DNA of 46,353 bases. Origin: a virus. The notes under the pieces are model-generated. The model was not told the DNA's origin. It saw only the letters and a list, made by a program, of their open reading frames with translations, and did not search any database. Below are positions 23,023 to 31,762 of the stretch, piece by piece. The position numbers and the translations under genes were made by a program. The stretch lies in the IMG/VR virus record IMGVR_UViG_3300045988_042187; one strand, given 5' to 3'. The stretch's first letter is position 1; the number at the start of each line of letters is the position of its first letter.

Positions 23023-25011
23023 ATGCACCATCTCAGCATTGACCTTGAAACCTATTCAAGCGTGCCGATTGCTAAGGCCGGGGCGCAAAAGTACATCTCC
23101 AGCCCGGATTTTGAAATCCTGCTCTTTGCGTACAGTGTGGATGGTGCGCCTGTTGAAATCATTGACCTGGCACGGGGGGAACGCCTCCCCCCGTGGCTGG
23201 TCCAGGCCATCACCTCCCCGGAGTACATCAAGCACGCATACAACGCCCCCTTTGAGTGGGGCTGCCTGTCCAAGTTTTTAGGCACCCTGCCGCCGGACCA
23301 ATGGCGCTGCACCATGTTCCACGGCCTCTATTGTGGCTACACAGCAGGCCTGGATGCCACTGGCAAGGCCCTGGGGCTTGCTGAGGACAAGCGCAAGCTC
23401 AACACCGGCAAGGCGCTCATCCGTTATTTTTGCGTCCCTTGCGCCCCTACAAAGGCCAATGGAGGCCGCACCCGCAACCTGCCCCAGCACGACACCGATA
23501 AGTGGGAGCTGTTCAAAGAATACTGCCGCCAGGATGTTGTGACTGAGATGGAGATTGAGCGGCGGCTCTCTGCTTTCCCCGTGCCGGACTTCGTGCAAAA
23601 GCAATGGGAAACGGACCTCATCATCAATGCCCGTGGCGTGGCCGTGGACATGGACCTGGTGAGCGGTGCCCTCTATCTGGGCAATGTGACCCGCCAAAAC
23701 CTCACCCAGGAGGCCATGAAAATCTCCAAGCTGGACAACCCCAACAGCGTGGCACAGCTCACGCAATGGCTCCAGGAGGCCATGGGAGAGGAGCTTGCGG
23801 ACCTCCGCAAGGACACCGTGGCCCGCCTGCTGGGCAAGGAGGACAACAGCCCCCAGGTCCAGCGGATGCTTGAGATACGCCAAGAGCTGGGCAAGACCAG
23901 CACCAAAAAGTATGACGCTATTGAGGCCGCTGTGTGCCCGGATGGCCGTGTCCGTGGGCTGCTCCAATTCTATGGGGCGAACAGGACGGGGCGCTGGGCA
24001 GGCCGCCTGGTGCAGGTCCAGAACTTGCCCCGCACCTACACAGAGCCGCTGCCGCTGGCCCGTGAGCTGGTGGAGCACCGCAAGCTGGATGCCCTCCGGC
24101 TGATCTATGGCTCCGTGCCTGACACTCTCAGCCAGCTCATCCGCACCGCTTTTGTGGCCCCGGAGGGTCATGTCCTCATTGACGCTGACTTTTCGGCCAT
24201 TGAGGCCCGTGTCATCTCCTGGCTGGCCGGTGAGCAATGGCGGCTGGAGGTGTTCCGCACCCACGGCAAAATCTATGAGGCCTCTGCCTCTCAGATGTTC
24301 GGCGTGCCCATTGAGCTCATCAAAAAGGGCAATCCAGAGTATGCACTCCGGCAAAAGGGCAAGGTGGCAGAGCTGGCCCTGGGCTACCAGGGCAGCACCG
24401 GCGCACTCATCAACATGGGAGCCTTGGACATGGGCATCCCGGAGGAGGACCTGCCGGACATCGTGAGCCGCTGGCGTGAGGCCAACAAGCGCATCCGTGA
24501 CCTGTGGTATTCCATGGACAATGCCGCCGTGCAGGTCATCACCCAGGGCGGCAGTGTGGGCATCAATGGCCTGCTGCTGGCCCGTGAGTATGACTACAAC
24601 CAGGGCACCGACTGTTTCACCATTCAGCTCCCCTCTGGCCGCAAGCTCTACTATGTGAGCCCCGGCATTGGTGAAAACCAATGGGGCAATCCCTCCATCT
24701 CCTACATGGGCATGGACCAGAAAACCAAACGGTGGAAACGCATCGAAACCTACGGCGGCAAGCTGGTGGAAAACTGCGTCCAGGCCATTGCCCGTGACTG
24801 TCTGGCGGACACCATTGAACGCCTTGAGGCCGCTGGCCTGCCGGTGATTTTCCACATCCATGATGAGGTGGTCATTGACATTACCCCATGGGCTGATGAG
24901 GACACCATGCTGGACACGGTGGTCAACATCATGCGCCAACCCATCCCGTGGGCCGCTGATCTGCCGCTCAACGCCGATGGCTGGGTGGGCACATTCTTCA
25001 AGAAAGACTAA
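23023..25011 (+). CDS. Family A DNA polymerase with a 3'-5' exonuclease domain
   Basis: Exo I motif LSIDLETYS, motif A DADFSAIEARV, motif B KGKVAELALGYQGS and motif C HIHDEVV. Confidence 0.92.
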   Translation: MHHLSIDLETYSSVPIAKAGAQKYISSPDFEILLFAYSVDGAPVEIIDLARGERLPPWLVQAITSPEYIKHAYNAPFEWGCLSKFLGTLPPDQWRCTMFHGLYCGYTAGLDATGKALGLAEDKRKLNTGKALIRYFCVPCAPTKANGGRTRNLPQHDTDKWELFKEYCRQDVVTEMEIERRLSAFPVPDFVQKQWETDLIINARGVAVDMDLVSGALYLGNVTRQNLTQEAMKISKLDNPNSVAQLTQWLQEAMGEELADLRKDTVARLLGKEDNSPQVQRMLEIRQELGKTSTKKYDAIEAAVCPDGRVRGLLQFYGANRTGRWAGRLVQVQNLPRTYTEPLPLARELVEHRKLDALRLIYGSVPDTLSQLIRTAFVAPEGHVLIDADFSAIEARVISWLAGEQWRLEVFRTHGKIYEASASQMFGVPIELIKKGNPEYALRQKGKVAELALGYQGSTGALINMGALDMGIPEEDLPDIVSRWREANKRIRDLWYSMDNAAVQVITQGGSVGINGLLLAREYDYNQGTDCFTIQLPSGRKLYYVSPGIGENQWGNPSISYMGMDQKTKRWKRIETYGGKLVENCVQAIARDCLADTIERLEAAGLPVIFHIHDEVVIDITPWADEDTMLDTVVNIMRQPIPWAADLPLNADGWVGTFFKKD

Positions 25012-25023
25012 ATAACTGACGAG

Positions 25024-25034
25024 CCCCCCCCCCC
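25024..25034 (+). repeat. C11 homopolymer in the leader of gene 25070
   Basis: Counted directly from the sequence. Followed by GCT and a G-rich stretch that includes the SD sequence GGGAGG. Confidence 0.95.
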
Positions 25035-25069
25035 GCTACCAATGCGGTGGTGGGCTGAGGGAGGCTTTT

Positions 25070-25744
25070 ATGCAAATCCTTGTTGCCTGCGAGGAAAGCC
25101 AGGCGGTCACCATAGCTTTGAGAAAGCTGGGCCATGAGGCATACAGTTGTGACCTCATCCCATGCTCCGGCGGCCACCCTGAGTGGCACATCCAGCAAGA
25201 TGTGCTCCCTCTACTCAACGGCTACTGCTTTTTCAAGACCTATGACGGCTCCGCACATTATGTGCTGGGGCGGTGGGACATGCTCATTGCTTTCCCGCCG
25301 TGCACCTATCTGACCAACGCCAGCGCCGTCCGCATGAGGGTAAAGGGTGAGATTGTGGCGGAGCGATACGCCAAAGCAATGGAGGCCAAGGCTTTCTTTA
25401 TGAGCTTTCTGAGCGCCGACTGTGCAAAGATCGCCGTGGAAAACCCCACTCCTTTGAAAATCGTGGAGCTACCGCCCTACACCCAAGCAATACAGCCGTG
25501 GCAGTTTGGGCACCCGTACACAAAGCGGACATGCCTATGGCTCAAAGAGCTGCCCCTGCTGGTCCCCACCGAAATCATCACGGAGGGTGTCACCCCATGG
25601 GTAAATGGCGGATGCAAAGACGCACATGGGAACTACCGGCGCTTTCAAGGCCGCAGAGAACGGGACCCCATCAACAGGGCCAAAACTTTCCCCGGCATAG
25701 CCGCCGCAATGGCGGAACAATGGGCCGGGCCCGTGACTACCTAA
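25070..25744 (+). CDS. Short DNA cytosine-5 methyltransferase-like protein
   Basis: Has FPPC (PC motif IV-like), VENP (ENV-like) and the C-terminal TFPGIAAAMAEQW. There is no canonical FxGxG motif I; it reads ILVACEESQAV instead. Confidence 0.5.
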   Translation: MQILVACEESQAVTIALRKLGHEAYSCDLIPCSGGHPEWHIQQDVLPLLNGYCFFKTYDGSAHYVLGRWDMLIAFPPCTYLTNASAVRMRVKGEIVAERYAKAMEAKAFFMSFLSADCAKIAVENPTPLKIVELPPYTQAIQPWQFGHPYTKRTCLWLKELPLLVPTEIITEGVTPWVNGGCKDAHGNYRRFQGRRERDPINRAKTFPGIAAAMAEQWAGPVTT

Positions 25745-25751
25745 TAATCAG

Positions 25752-25760
25752 CCCCCCCCC
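25752..25760 (+). repeat. C9 homopolymer in the leader of gene 25794
   Basis: Counted directly. Same layout as the C11 element: C-run, then GCT, a G-rich stretch, GGGAGG and the ATG. Confidence 0.95.
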
Positions 25761-25793
25761 GCTGTTTGCGGAGGCGGGGCGTGGGAGGCACAC

Positions 25794-26507
25794 ATGAAAT
25801 ACATTGCATCGTGCTCCTTTGGCAAGGACAGCCTGGCCATGGTGCTCATGCTCATAGAGCGTGGTCTGCCGCTGGATGAGGTGGTCTTTTACGACACCGG
25901 GATGGAGTTTCAAGCCATCTATGACCTGCGGGATGATATGCTCCCGATATTCCAGCAGCACGGCATCAAATACACAACACTATACCCGGACAACCCTTTT
26001 CTCTATGACATGCTGGAGCGTCCCGTCAAGGGGCGTGAGCGGCGTGGGTATGGCTGGTGTGGCGGCCTGTGCCGCTGGGGCACCACCTGCAAGCTGCGGA
26101 CCATTGACCAGTATGCAGAGCGCCAGGGCGCAAAGGTCTATGTGGGCATCGCCGCAGATGAAACGCCCAGGCTCCAAAAAGAGCGCAAGCCCTACAAGCT
26201 CTTTCCGCTTGCGGAGTTTGGCATGACTGAGGCGGACTGCCTGCAATATTGCTACTCCGCCGGATATTTCTGGCTGGAGGGCTCCATCCGGCTCTATGAC
26301 ATTCTGGACCGTGTTTCCTGCTGGTGCTGTTGCAACAAAAACCTCAAGGAGCTCAGAAACATCCGCCAGTATCTCCCAGAGTATTGGGAAAAGCTGAAAC
26401 ACCTACAAGCCCAGTTAGAGCGCCCCATGAAAGGCTTTTACAAAGGCCAGCCCCGTGGCGTGTTTGAACTGGATGAACGCTTTGCAAGAGAGGACCGTGA
26501 CACATGA
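25794..26507 (+). CDS. PAPS-reductase / PP-loop ATP-pyrophosphatase family protein (DndC-like superfamily)
   Basis: PP-loop motif SFGKDS near the N-terminus, with the size and look of phage PAPS-reductase-like proteins. Confidence 0.7.
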   Translation: MKYIASCSFGKDSLAMVLMLIERGLPLDEVVFYDTGMEFQAIYDLRDDMLPIFQQHGIKYTTLYPDNPFLYDMLERPVKGRERRGYGWCGGLCRWGTTCKLRTIDQYAERQGAKVYVGIAADETPRLQKERKPYKLFPLAEFGMTEADCLQYCYSAGYFWLEGSIRLYDILDRVSCWCCCNKNLKELRNIRQYLPEYWEKLKHLQAQLERPMKGFYKGQPRGVFELDERFAREDRDT

Positions 26508-27145
26508 AAATCATTAACCCCTATACCGAAATCCTCACCCCGCTGGATGGCCAGGCTATCCTCCAGCACATTGAGCTGTGCGGGCGGGTCTGCTACAAGT
26601 CTGAGGACAAAATCACCGACACCAGCGCCGCCAAGTTTGTGGCGGGCATCATCAAGCGTGGCCATGAGGCCGTCCTGGAACACTTTGACATCACGGTCAA
26701 GTTTGTGTGTGACCGGGGCGTGTCCCATGAAATTGTCCGGCACCGCATGGCCTCCTACTGCCAGGAGAGCACCCGCTACTGCAACTATTCCAAGGATGGC
26801 TTTGGCGGTGAGATCACTGTCATCCGCCCCTTTTACCTGGTGGAGGGCACTGAGGGCTGGCAGTATTGGAAAGAGGCTTGCTGGACCGCAGAGCGCCGCT
26901 ACTTTGAGTTACTTAATTGGGGCTGCACCCCGCAAGAGGCCCGTGCCGTCCTGCCCACCAGCCTCAAGACTGAGGTGGTGATGACGGCCAACCTGCGGGA
27001 ATGGCGGCATTTCTTCAAGCTGCGGACCGCTCCGGCGGCGCACCCGCAGATGCGTGAGGTGGCCATCCCGCTGCTCCACCAGATGTGCTCCCAGGTGCCG
27101 GTCATTTTCGATGATATTGAGGAGGCCGCCCATGAAACGCTCTGA
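26504..27145 (+). CDS. thyX: Flavin-dependent thymidylate synthase ThyX
   Basis: ThyX signature RHRMASYCQESTRY, together with HEAVLEH and REWRHFFKLR. Confidence 0.88.
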   Translation: MKIINPYTEILTPLDGQAILQHIELCGRVCYKSEDKITDTSAAKFVAGIIKRGHEAVLEHFDITVKFVCDRGVSHEIVRHRMASYCQESTRYCNYSKDGFGGEITVIRPFYLVEGTEGWQYWKEACWTAERRYFELLNWGCTPQEARAVLPTSLKTEVVMTANLREWRHFFKLRTAPAAHPQMREVAIPLLHQMCSQVPVIFDDIEEAAHETL

Positions 27146-27470
27146 GATTTTAGAGGCCGCCCGCCGCTGTGTCTGCGGTGAGCGTGAGCAGGACTATGGC
27201 ACGCCGGAAAATAACTTTGAAACCATCGGCCTGCTCTGGGGTGTCTACCTCAGAGCGGCACACCCGGAGTATGCCAAGGTCATGCCCATCAATGGCATCA
27301 CGGCCAAGGATGCCGGCACTATGCTGGCCCTGCTCAAGGTGGCCCGCATCGCCACCGGCTCCAGCCCTGACAGCTTTATTGATCTGGCGGGCTATGCGGC
27401 CTGCGCCGGTGAAATCGTGACAGAAAGGAGCTGTCCCTATGAAAAAGCGGAAACCCAGACCCAGGAGTGA
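27132..27470 (+). CDS. Conserved phage protein (DUF6378-like)
   Basis: The ATG at 27132 has a GGAGG RBS. The motif CGEREQDYGTPENNF...LLKVARI looks familiar from phage nucleotide-metabolism clusters. Confidence 0.55.
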   Translation: MKRSEILEAARRCVCGEREQDYGTPENNFETIGLLWGVYLRAAHPEYAKVMPINGITAKDAGTMLALLKVARIATGSSPDSFIDLAGYAACAGEIVTERSCPYEKAETQTQE

Positions 27471-27639
27471 AAAGCCCCGAATGTGTGACCCCGGCATGTG
27501 TGACTGCTGCCAGTACATTGGTGAGGGTGACTTCATCTGTGACAAAGGCCCCGGCCAGCCTGTCCTTGTGGTTGAGGACTGGCAGCCCAATGAGAACGCC
27601 GGGCGCTGCCGCCGTGGAGGCCGAAATGAAAGGCTTTAA
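27439..27639 (+). CDS. Small basic Cys-rich protein
   Basis: ORF with a GAAAGGAG RBS and the cysteine pattern CDPGMCDCCQYIGEGDFIC. Confidence 0.5.
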   Translation: MKKRKPRPRSEKPRMCDPGMCDCCQYIGEGDFICDKGPGQPVLVVEDWQPNENAGRCRRGGRNERL

Positions 27640-28173
27640 GGTGGCGGATGTAGCCAGTAGCGGCAATGATGAGTTTTACACTCCGGCGTATGCAATAACG
27701 CCGCTGCTCCGACATCTCCCCCCCCATCATCAAAGCGGCCAATAACCGTGTGGTGCCCCTTTGACACGGAGCAAAGCCTGTTTGTAAAGACTTTCCGGCT
27801 TTTTGGCTATCAAGTCATAGCTACCCACATTTCTGCTGGATATGACTTTTTCAAAACGGAGCCACCAGAGTGTGACTACATAATCAGCAATCCACCCTAT
27901 TCTCTCAAAGGTGAAGTGCTTGAGCGGCTTTTCTCTCTGGGCACACCCTTTGCCATGCTTGTAGGTGTGGTGGGCCTTTTTGAAAGTCAAAAGCGCTTTG
28001 ATATGTTCAAATCACACGATTTTGAAATCATGTATTTCAACCGCAGAGTGTCCTATTTCAAGGACTATGAGGAACAAAAGCCCTCTCTCAACCCGCCATT
28101 CAGCAGCGTGTATGTATGCCACGGCATACTGCCAAAGCAAGTGGTATTTGAGGAGATATGCAAAACGAGGTGA
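27626..28173 (+). pseudogene. N6-adenine DNA methyltransferase (NPPY family) interrupted by a frameshift at a C8 tract (27718..27725)
   Basis: The N-terminal part (MKGFKVADV...DEFYTPAYAITPLLRHLPP) stops at 27743-27745. The C-terminal part (VWCPFDTEQS...DYIISNPPYS) continues in another frame. Adding one C (or removing two) gives ...LLRHLPPPSSKRPITVWCPFD. Confidence 0.8.
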
Positions 28174-28177
28174 CCCC

Positions 28178-28567
28178 ATGAACAGAAAAGAGCGGCGAAA
28201 CCTGCAACGCCAAGGTGTGCAGGTGCCCAAAGACCCCACACTCAACATCAAGCTCTCCGCTCTGGGCAAGTCCATAATGACCCCGGAGATGCGGGCGGCC
28301 ATGATGCACGAAATCAACCAGCAGTGCCTTGAGAAAGATGACTTGCTGGCTCTGGATGTGGACTGCATGGTGCTCTGGACACTGCACCGGCACCTGGGCT
28401 TTGGGGTCAAGCGGCTCCATGACTTCTATCTGGCGATGGCCGCAGAACACCGCCGGATGCGTGACTTTTATGAAATGGATGACCTGTACCCGGAACGGCT
28501 CAAGCTCAAGGAGCTGGGTGCAGATGTCGAACAATGGCAAAAGGAGGTGCTGGCCAATGAGCCCTAA
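28178..28567 (+). CDS. Hypothetical protein
   Basis: The ATG at 28178 has a GAGGTG RBS and is preferred to the track start at 27965, which lies inside the methyltransferase. Confidence 0.55.
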   Translation: MNRKERRNLQRQGVQVPKDPTLNIKLSALGKSIMTPEMRAAMMHEINQQCLEKDDLLALDVDCMVLWTLHRHLGFGVKRLHDFYLAMAAEHRRMRDFYEMDDLYPERLKLKELGADVEQWQKEVLANEP

Positions 28568-28769
28568 ACCCTGGGAAAACGCTGAGGGCTACGCAGACCC
28601 AACGGCATACAACGCCATCAAGAAAGTGTCCGCAGAGGGGCATGAGGCGCTGGATGCCAAGGTCAACACTCTCATCAAGGTCCTCAAGTTTATCATTGCG
28701 GAAAGCGGCTTTGAGCTGGCAGCCCGCATTGAGCTCCGGGACCGCAAGACAGGGAGGTTTTTTAGATGA
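28557..28769 (+). CDS. Hypothetical small protein
   Basis: The ATG at 28557 overlaps the upstream 3' end; it is an internal start of track ORF 28329..28769. Confidence 0.5.
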   Translation: MSPKPWENAEGYADPTAYNAIKKVSAEGHEALDAKVNTLIKVLKFIIAESGFELAARIELRDRKTGRFFR

Positions 28770-29056
28770 CAACCATCACAACGATTTGCAAGCGCTGCGG
28801 GCGCACCCGTGTCACTAAATGTGTGGACACCTTTTACTCCACCGCAGATATGTGGTCCAGCGCTTGCGGATTTTTCCACGGCATCACCCGTCACTGGGGC
28901 ACACTGTCCCCGAAAGCTCACAGATGGGCCCCGTTTTACTGCGTGGTGGTGCCCCTGCGCCTCATCCTGGCGCTGGTCTGGGACCTGCTCCGGGCAACGC
29001 TGCTTGTGGTGACTTGGCCCGTCTGGTGGCTGCATGAGGAGGTGCTGGGACGATGA
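28766..29056 (+). CDS. Hypothetical membrane protein with an N-terminal CxxC
   Basis: ATGA overlaps at both ends and a hydrophobic C-terminal half. Confidence 0.5.
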   Translation: MTTITTICKRCGRTRVTKCVDTFYSTADMWSSACGFFHGITRHWGTLSPKAHRWAPFYCVVVPLRLILALVWDLLRATLLVVTWPVWWLHEEVLGR

Positions 29057-29346
29057 CCAAATGCGAAACGGCAATCTGCCAGCTTGCGGTGAATGTCTAT
29101 GGCAAGACCAGCCAGTGCACGGTCTGCATGGAGGAGATGGCAGAACTCACCAAGGAGCTCTCCAAAAACCTCCGTGGCCAGGACAACGCCGCCCACATCG
29201 CTGAGGAGATCGCTGATGTTGAGATCATGCTGGAACAGCTCAAGCTCATGTTTAGCATCCGTGATGAGGTGACCCAGCAGCGTACCGTCAAGCTCCAGCG
29301 GCTTGACAACCGCATTTCTCAATCCCTGATACATCCGAAACCGTGA
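29053..29346 (+). CDS. MazG-like nucleotide pyrophosphohydrolase
   Basis: Acidic EExxE...ExxD pattern (MEEMAELTKEL ... AEEIADVEIMLEQL) and the small size typical of phage MazG. Confidence 0.65.
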   Translation: MTKCETAICQLAVNVYGKTSQCTVCMEEMAELTKELSKNLRGQDNAAHIAEEIADVEIMLEQLKLMFSIRDEVTQQRTVKLQRLDNRISQSLIHPKP

Positions 29347-29356
29347 GGTGTGACCC

Positions 29357-31759
29357 ATGCAATTTGACCGCAAAATAACCATCTCCGCCGGTAGCAGCCG
29401 GAGGGCCATGGTCTGGCAGGCGCAAACCCTGCTCATTTCTGAGCTGTGGGCAAAGCTCCAGACCCCCGCCAGAGGCACTGAGCCCCTGGCAGAATATCTG
29501 AATATGAAAAAGGCCCAGCAGGATGACCTCAAGGATGTGGGCGGCTTTATGGCAGGCACACTGTCAGGCCCCCGCCGAAAGGCTAACAATGTGACCGGGC
29601 GTGATGTCATCACGCTGGACCTGGACAACATCCCACCGGGCGGCACGGAGGATGTCCTGCGCCGTGTTGAGGGGCTGAGCTGCGGCTATTGCATCTATTC
29701 CACCCGTAAGCACAGCCCGGCGGCACCCCGCCTGCGTGTCCTGCTGCCGCTGGACCGCACGGCCTCAGCGGATGAATATGAGCCCATCGCCCGCAAGATG
29801 GCGGAGTACATAGGCCTGGAGCTCTGTGACCCCACCACCTTTGAGGTGTCCCGTCTGATGTACTGGCCAAGCTGCTGCTCAGACAGCCAATACATCTATG
29901 TGTGGAAAGACAAGCCCCTGCTGTCCGTCAAGGGCCTGCTGGGCCAGTATGAGGACTGGCGTGACTGCACCCTCTGGCCCCAGGTGCCCGGCTCCCAAAA
30001 CCTGCCCACTAAGCTGGCAGTCAAGCAGGGTGACCCGGAGGCCAAAAACGGTGTTGTGGGCGCTTTCTGCCGCACCTATGACATCTACCGTGCCATGGAT
30101 GAGCTCATCCCCGGCATGTATGAGCCGGTGGAGAGTATGCCAGGCCGCTACACCTACCTGGGCGGCTCCACAACCGGCGGCGCTGTCATCTATGACAGCG
30201 GCAAGTTTCTCTACTCCCACCACGCCACTGACCCGTGCAGCGGCAAGCTGGTAAACGCCTTTGACCTGGTGCGCCTGCATCGCTTTGGTGACAAGGACGA
30301 TGAGGCCCAGCCGGGCACTCCCACCAACCGCCTGCCCTCCTACCGTGCCATGTGCGAACTGGCCACGCAAGACCCCGATGTGTCCGCCCTGATGAGCCAG
30401 GAGCGCTACCAGGAGGCCGTCAAGGATTTTGAGGGCGTGGAGGCCACCAACGATGCAGAGCCCGCCAACTGGATGGACCGGCTGGAGATCAACAGCCAGA
30501 CCGGCCTCCCCAAGGCCACCATTGATAATGTCTGGATTATTCTTGAGAATGACCCGCTGCTCAAGGGCAAGTTTGCCCTCAACCAGTTTGCGGGCCGTGG
30601 TGAGGTGCTGGATGCGCTCCCCTGGAACGCCTCCACCAAGCGCCGCCTCTGGGATGACAATGACAACAATGGCCTCTACTGGTATATGGAAAAGGTCCAC
30701 CACATCACCGGCAACGGCAAGATTGACGGGGCGCTCTCCCTCCACACCACACAGCACGCTTTCAACGAGGTCCAGGACTACCTCCAGAGCCTCAAGTGGG
30801 ACGGCGTGCCCCGCTTGGACACCCTTTTCATTGACTACCTGGGGGCGGAGGACAGCCCCTATACCAGAGCGGTGACCCGCAAGGCTTTCACCGCCGCCGT
30901 CACCCGTGCCATGGTGCCCGGCAGCAAGTATGACAACATGCTCATCCTGGCTGGGCCCCAGGGCATTGGCAAGAGCACCCTGCTGGATAAGATGAGCCGG
31001 GGCTGGTTTAATGACAGCATCCGCACCTTTGAGGGCAAGGAGGCCTCTGAACTTTTGCAGGGGGTCTGGCTGGTGGAGATCGGTGAGCTGGACGCTTTCC
31101 GCAAGACGGATGTGGCGTGCATCAAGCAGTTTCTCTCCCTGCGCTCTGACCGTTTCCGTGCGGCCTATGGCCGCCATGTCAAGGAGCTGCCCCGGTGCTG
31201 TGTGTTCTTCGGCACCACCAACACCTCTGACTACCTGCGGGACCGCACCGGCAACCGGCGTTTCTGGCCGGTGGATGTGGGCCTGGCCCCGGCGGCCAAA
31301 AGCGTCTGGACTGATCTGCCCGGAGAAATTGACCAGCTCTGGGCTGAGGCCATGGTCCGCTGGCAGACGGGAGAGCCGCTTTTCCTCAAAGGGGAAATTG
31401 AGGCCGCCGCTAAGGAGGCCCAGGAGGCCCACCGTGAGGTCAACACCCGTGAGGGCATCATACTGGACTTTCTGGAGCGCCCGGTGCCGGAGGACTGGCA
31501 GAACTGGCCGCTTGACCGCCGCCGGATGTTCTGGGGCGGCGCTGTGCAGGGAGATGTCAAGCTGGTGCCCCGTGACCGTGTGTGTGCTCTGGAGGTCTGG
31601 TGTGAGGCTCTGGACGGCAAGCAGCGGGATATGAGGTACAGTGACACGGCAGAAATCAACAGCATCATTGAGGCCAGCGCCTTGTGGGAAAGGACCAGAG
31701 GCTCCCTGCGTTTTGGCTACTGCGGCAAGCAACGGGGCTTTCAAAAGGTGCGGCTTTGA
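29357..31759 (+). CDS. Primase/helicase (prim-pol-like N-terminus plus a VirE/D5-type NTPase)
   Basis: Walker A LILAGPQGIGKSTLLDKM, Walker B-like VWLVEIGELD, and an 800-aa size typical of VirE-family replication proteins. Confidence 0.85.
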   Translation: MQFDRKITISAGSSRRAMVWQAQTLLISELWAKLQTPARGTEPLAEYLNMKKAQQDDLKDVGGFMAGTLSGPRRKANNVTGRDVITLDLDNIPPGGTEDVLRRVEGLSCGYCIYSTRKHSPAAPRLRVLLPLDRTASADEYEPIARKMAEYIGLELCDPTTFEVSRLMYWPSCCSDSQYIYVWKDKPLLSVKGLLGQYEDWRDCTLWPQVPGSQNLPTKLAVKQGDPEAKNGVVGAFCRTYDIYRAMDELIPGMYEPVESMPGRYTYLGGSTTGGAVIYDSGKFLYSHHATDPCSGKLVNAFDLVRLHRFGDKDDEAQPGTPTNRLPSYRAMCELATQDPDVSALMSQERYQEAVKDFEGVEATNDAEPANWMDRLEINSQTGLPKATIDNVWIILENDPLLKGKFALNQFAGRGEVLDALPWNASTKRRLWDDNDNNGLYWYMEKVHHITGNGKIDGALSLHTTQHAFNEVQDYLQSLKWDGVPRLDTLFIDYLGAEDSPYTRAVTRKAFTAAVTRAMVPGSKYDNMLILAGPQGIGKSTLLDKMSRGWFNDSIRTFEGKEASELLQGVWLVEIGELDAFRKTDVACIKQFLSLRSDRFRAAYGRHVKELPRCCVFFGTTNTSDYLRDRTGNRRFWPVDVGLAPAAKSVWTDLPGEIDQLWAEAMVRWQTGEPLFLKGEIEAAAKEAQEAHREVNTREGIILDFLERPVPEDWQNWPLDRRRMFWGGAVQGDVKLVPRDRVCALEVWCEALDGKQRDMRYSDTAEINSIIEASALWERTRGSLRFGYCGKQRGFQKVRL

Positions 31760-31762
31760 CCC

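Noticed and set aside
27467-27745. Full-length track ORF (92 aa) as a gene.
   Set aside because: Its first 53 codons overlap ORF 27439..27639 in another frame and have no RBS. The internal ATG at 27626, with GGAGG upstream, begins the methyltransferase N-terminus.
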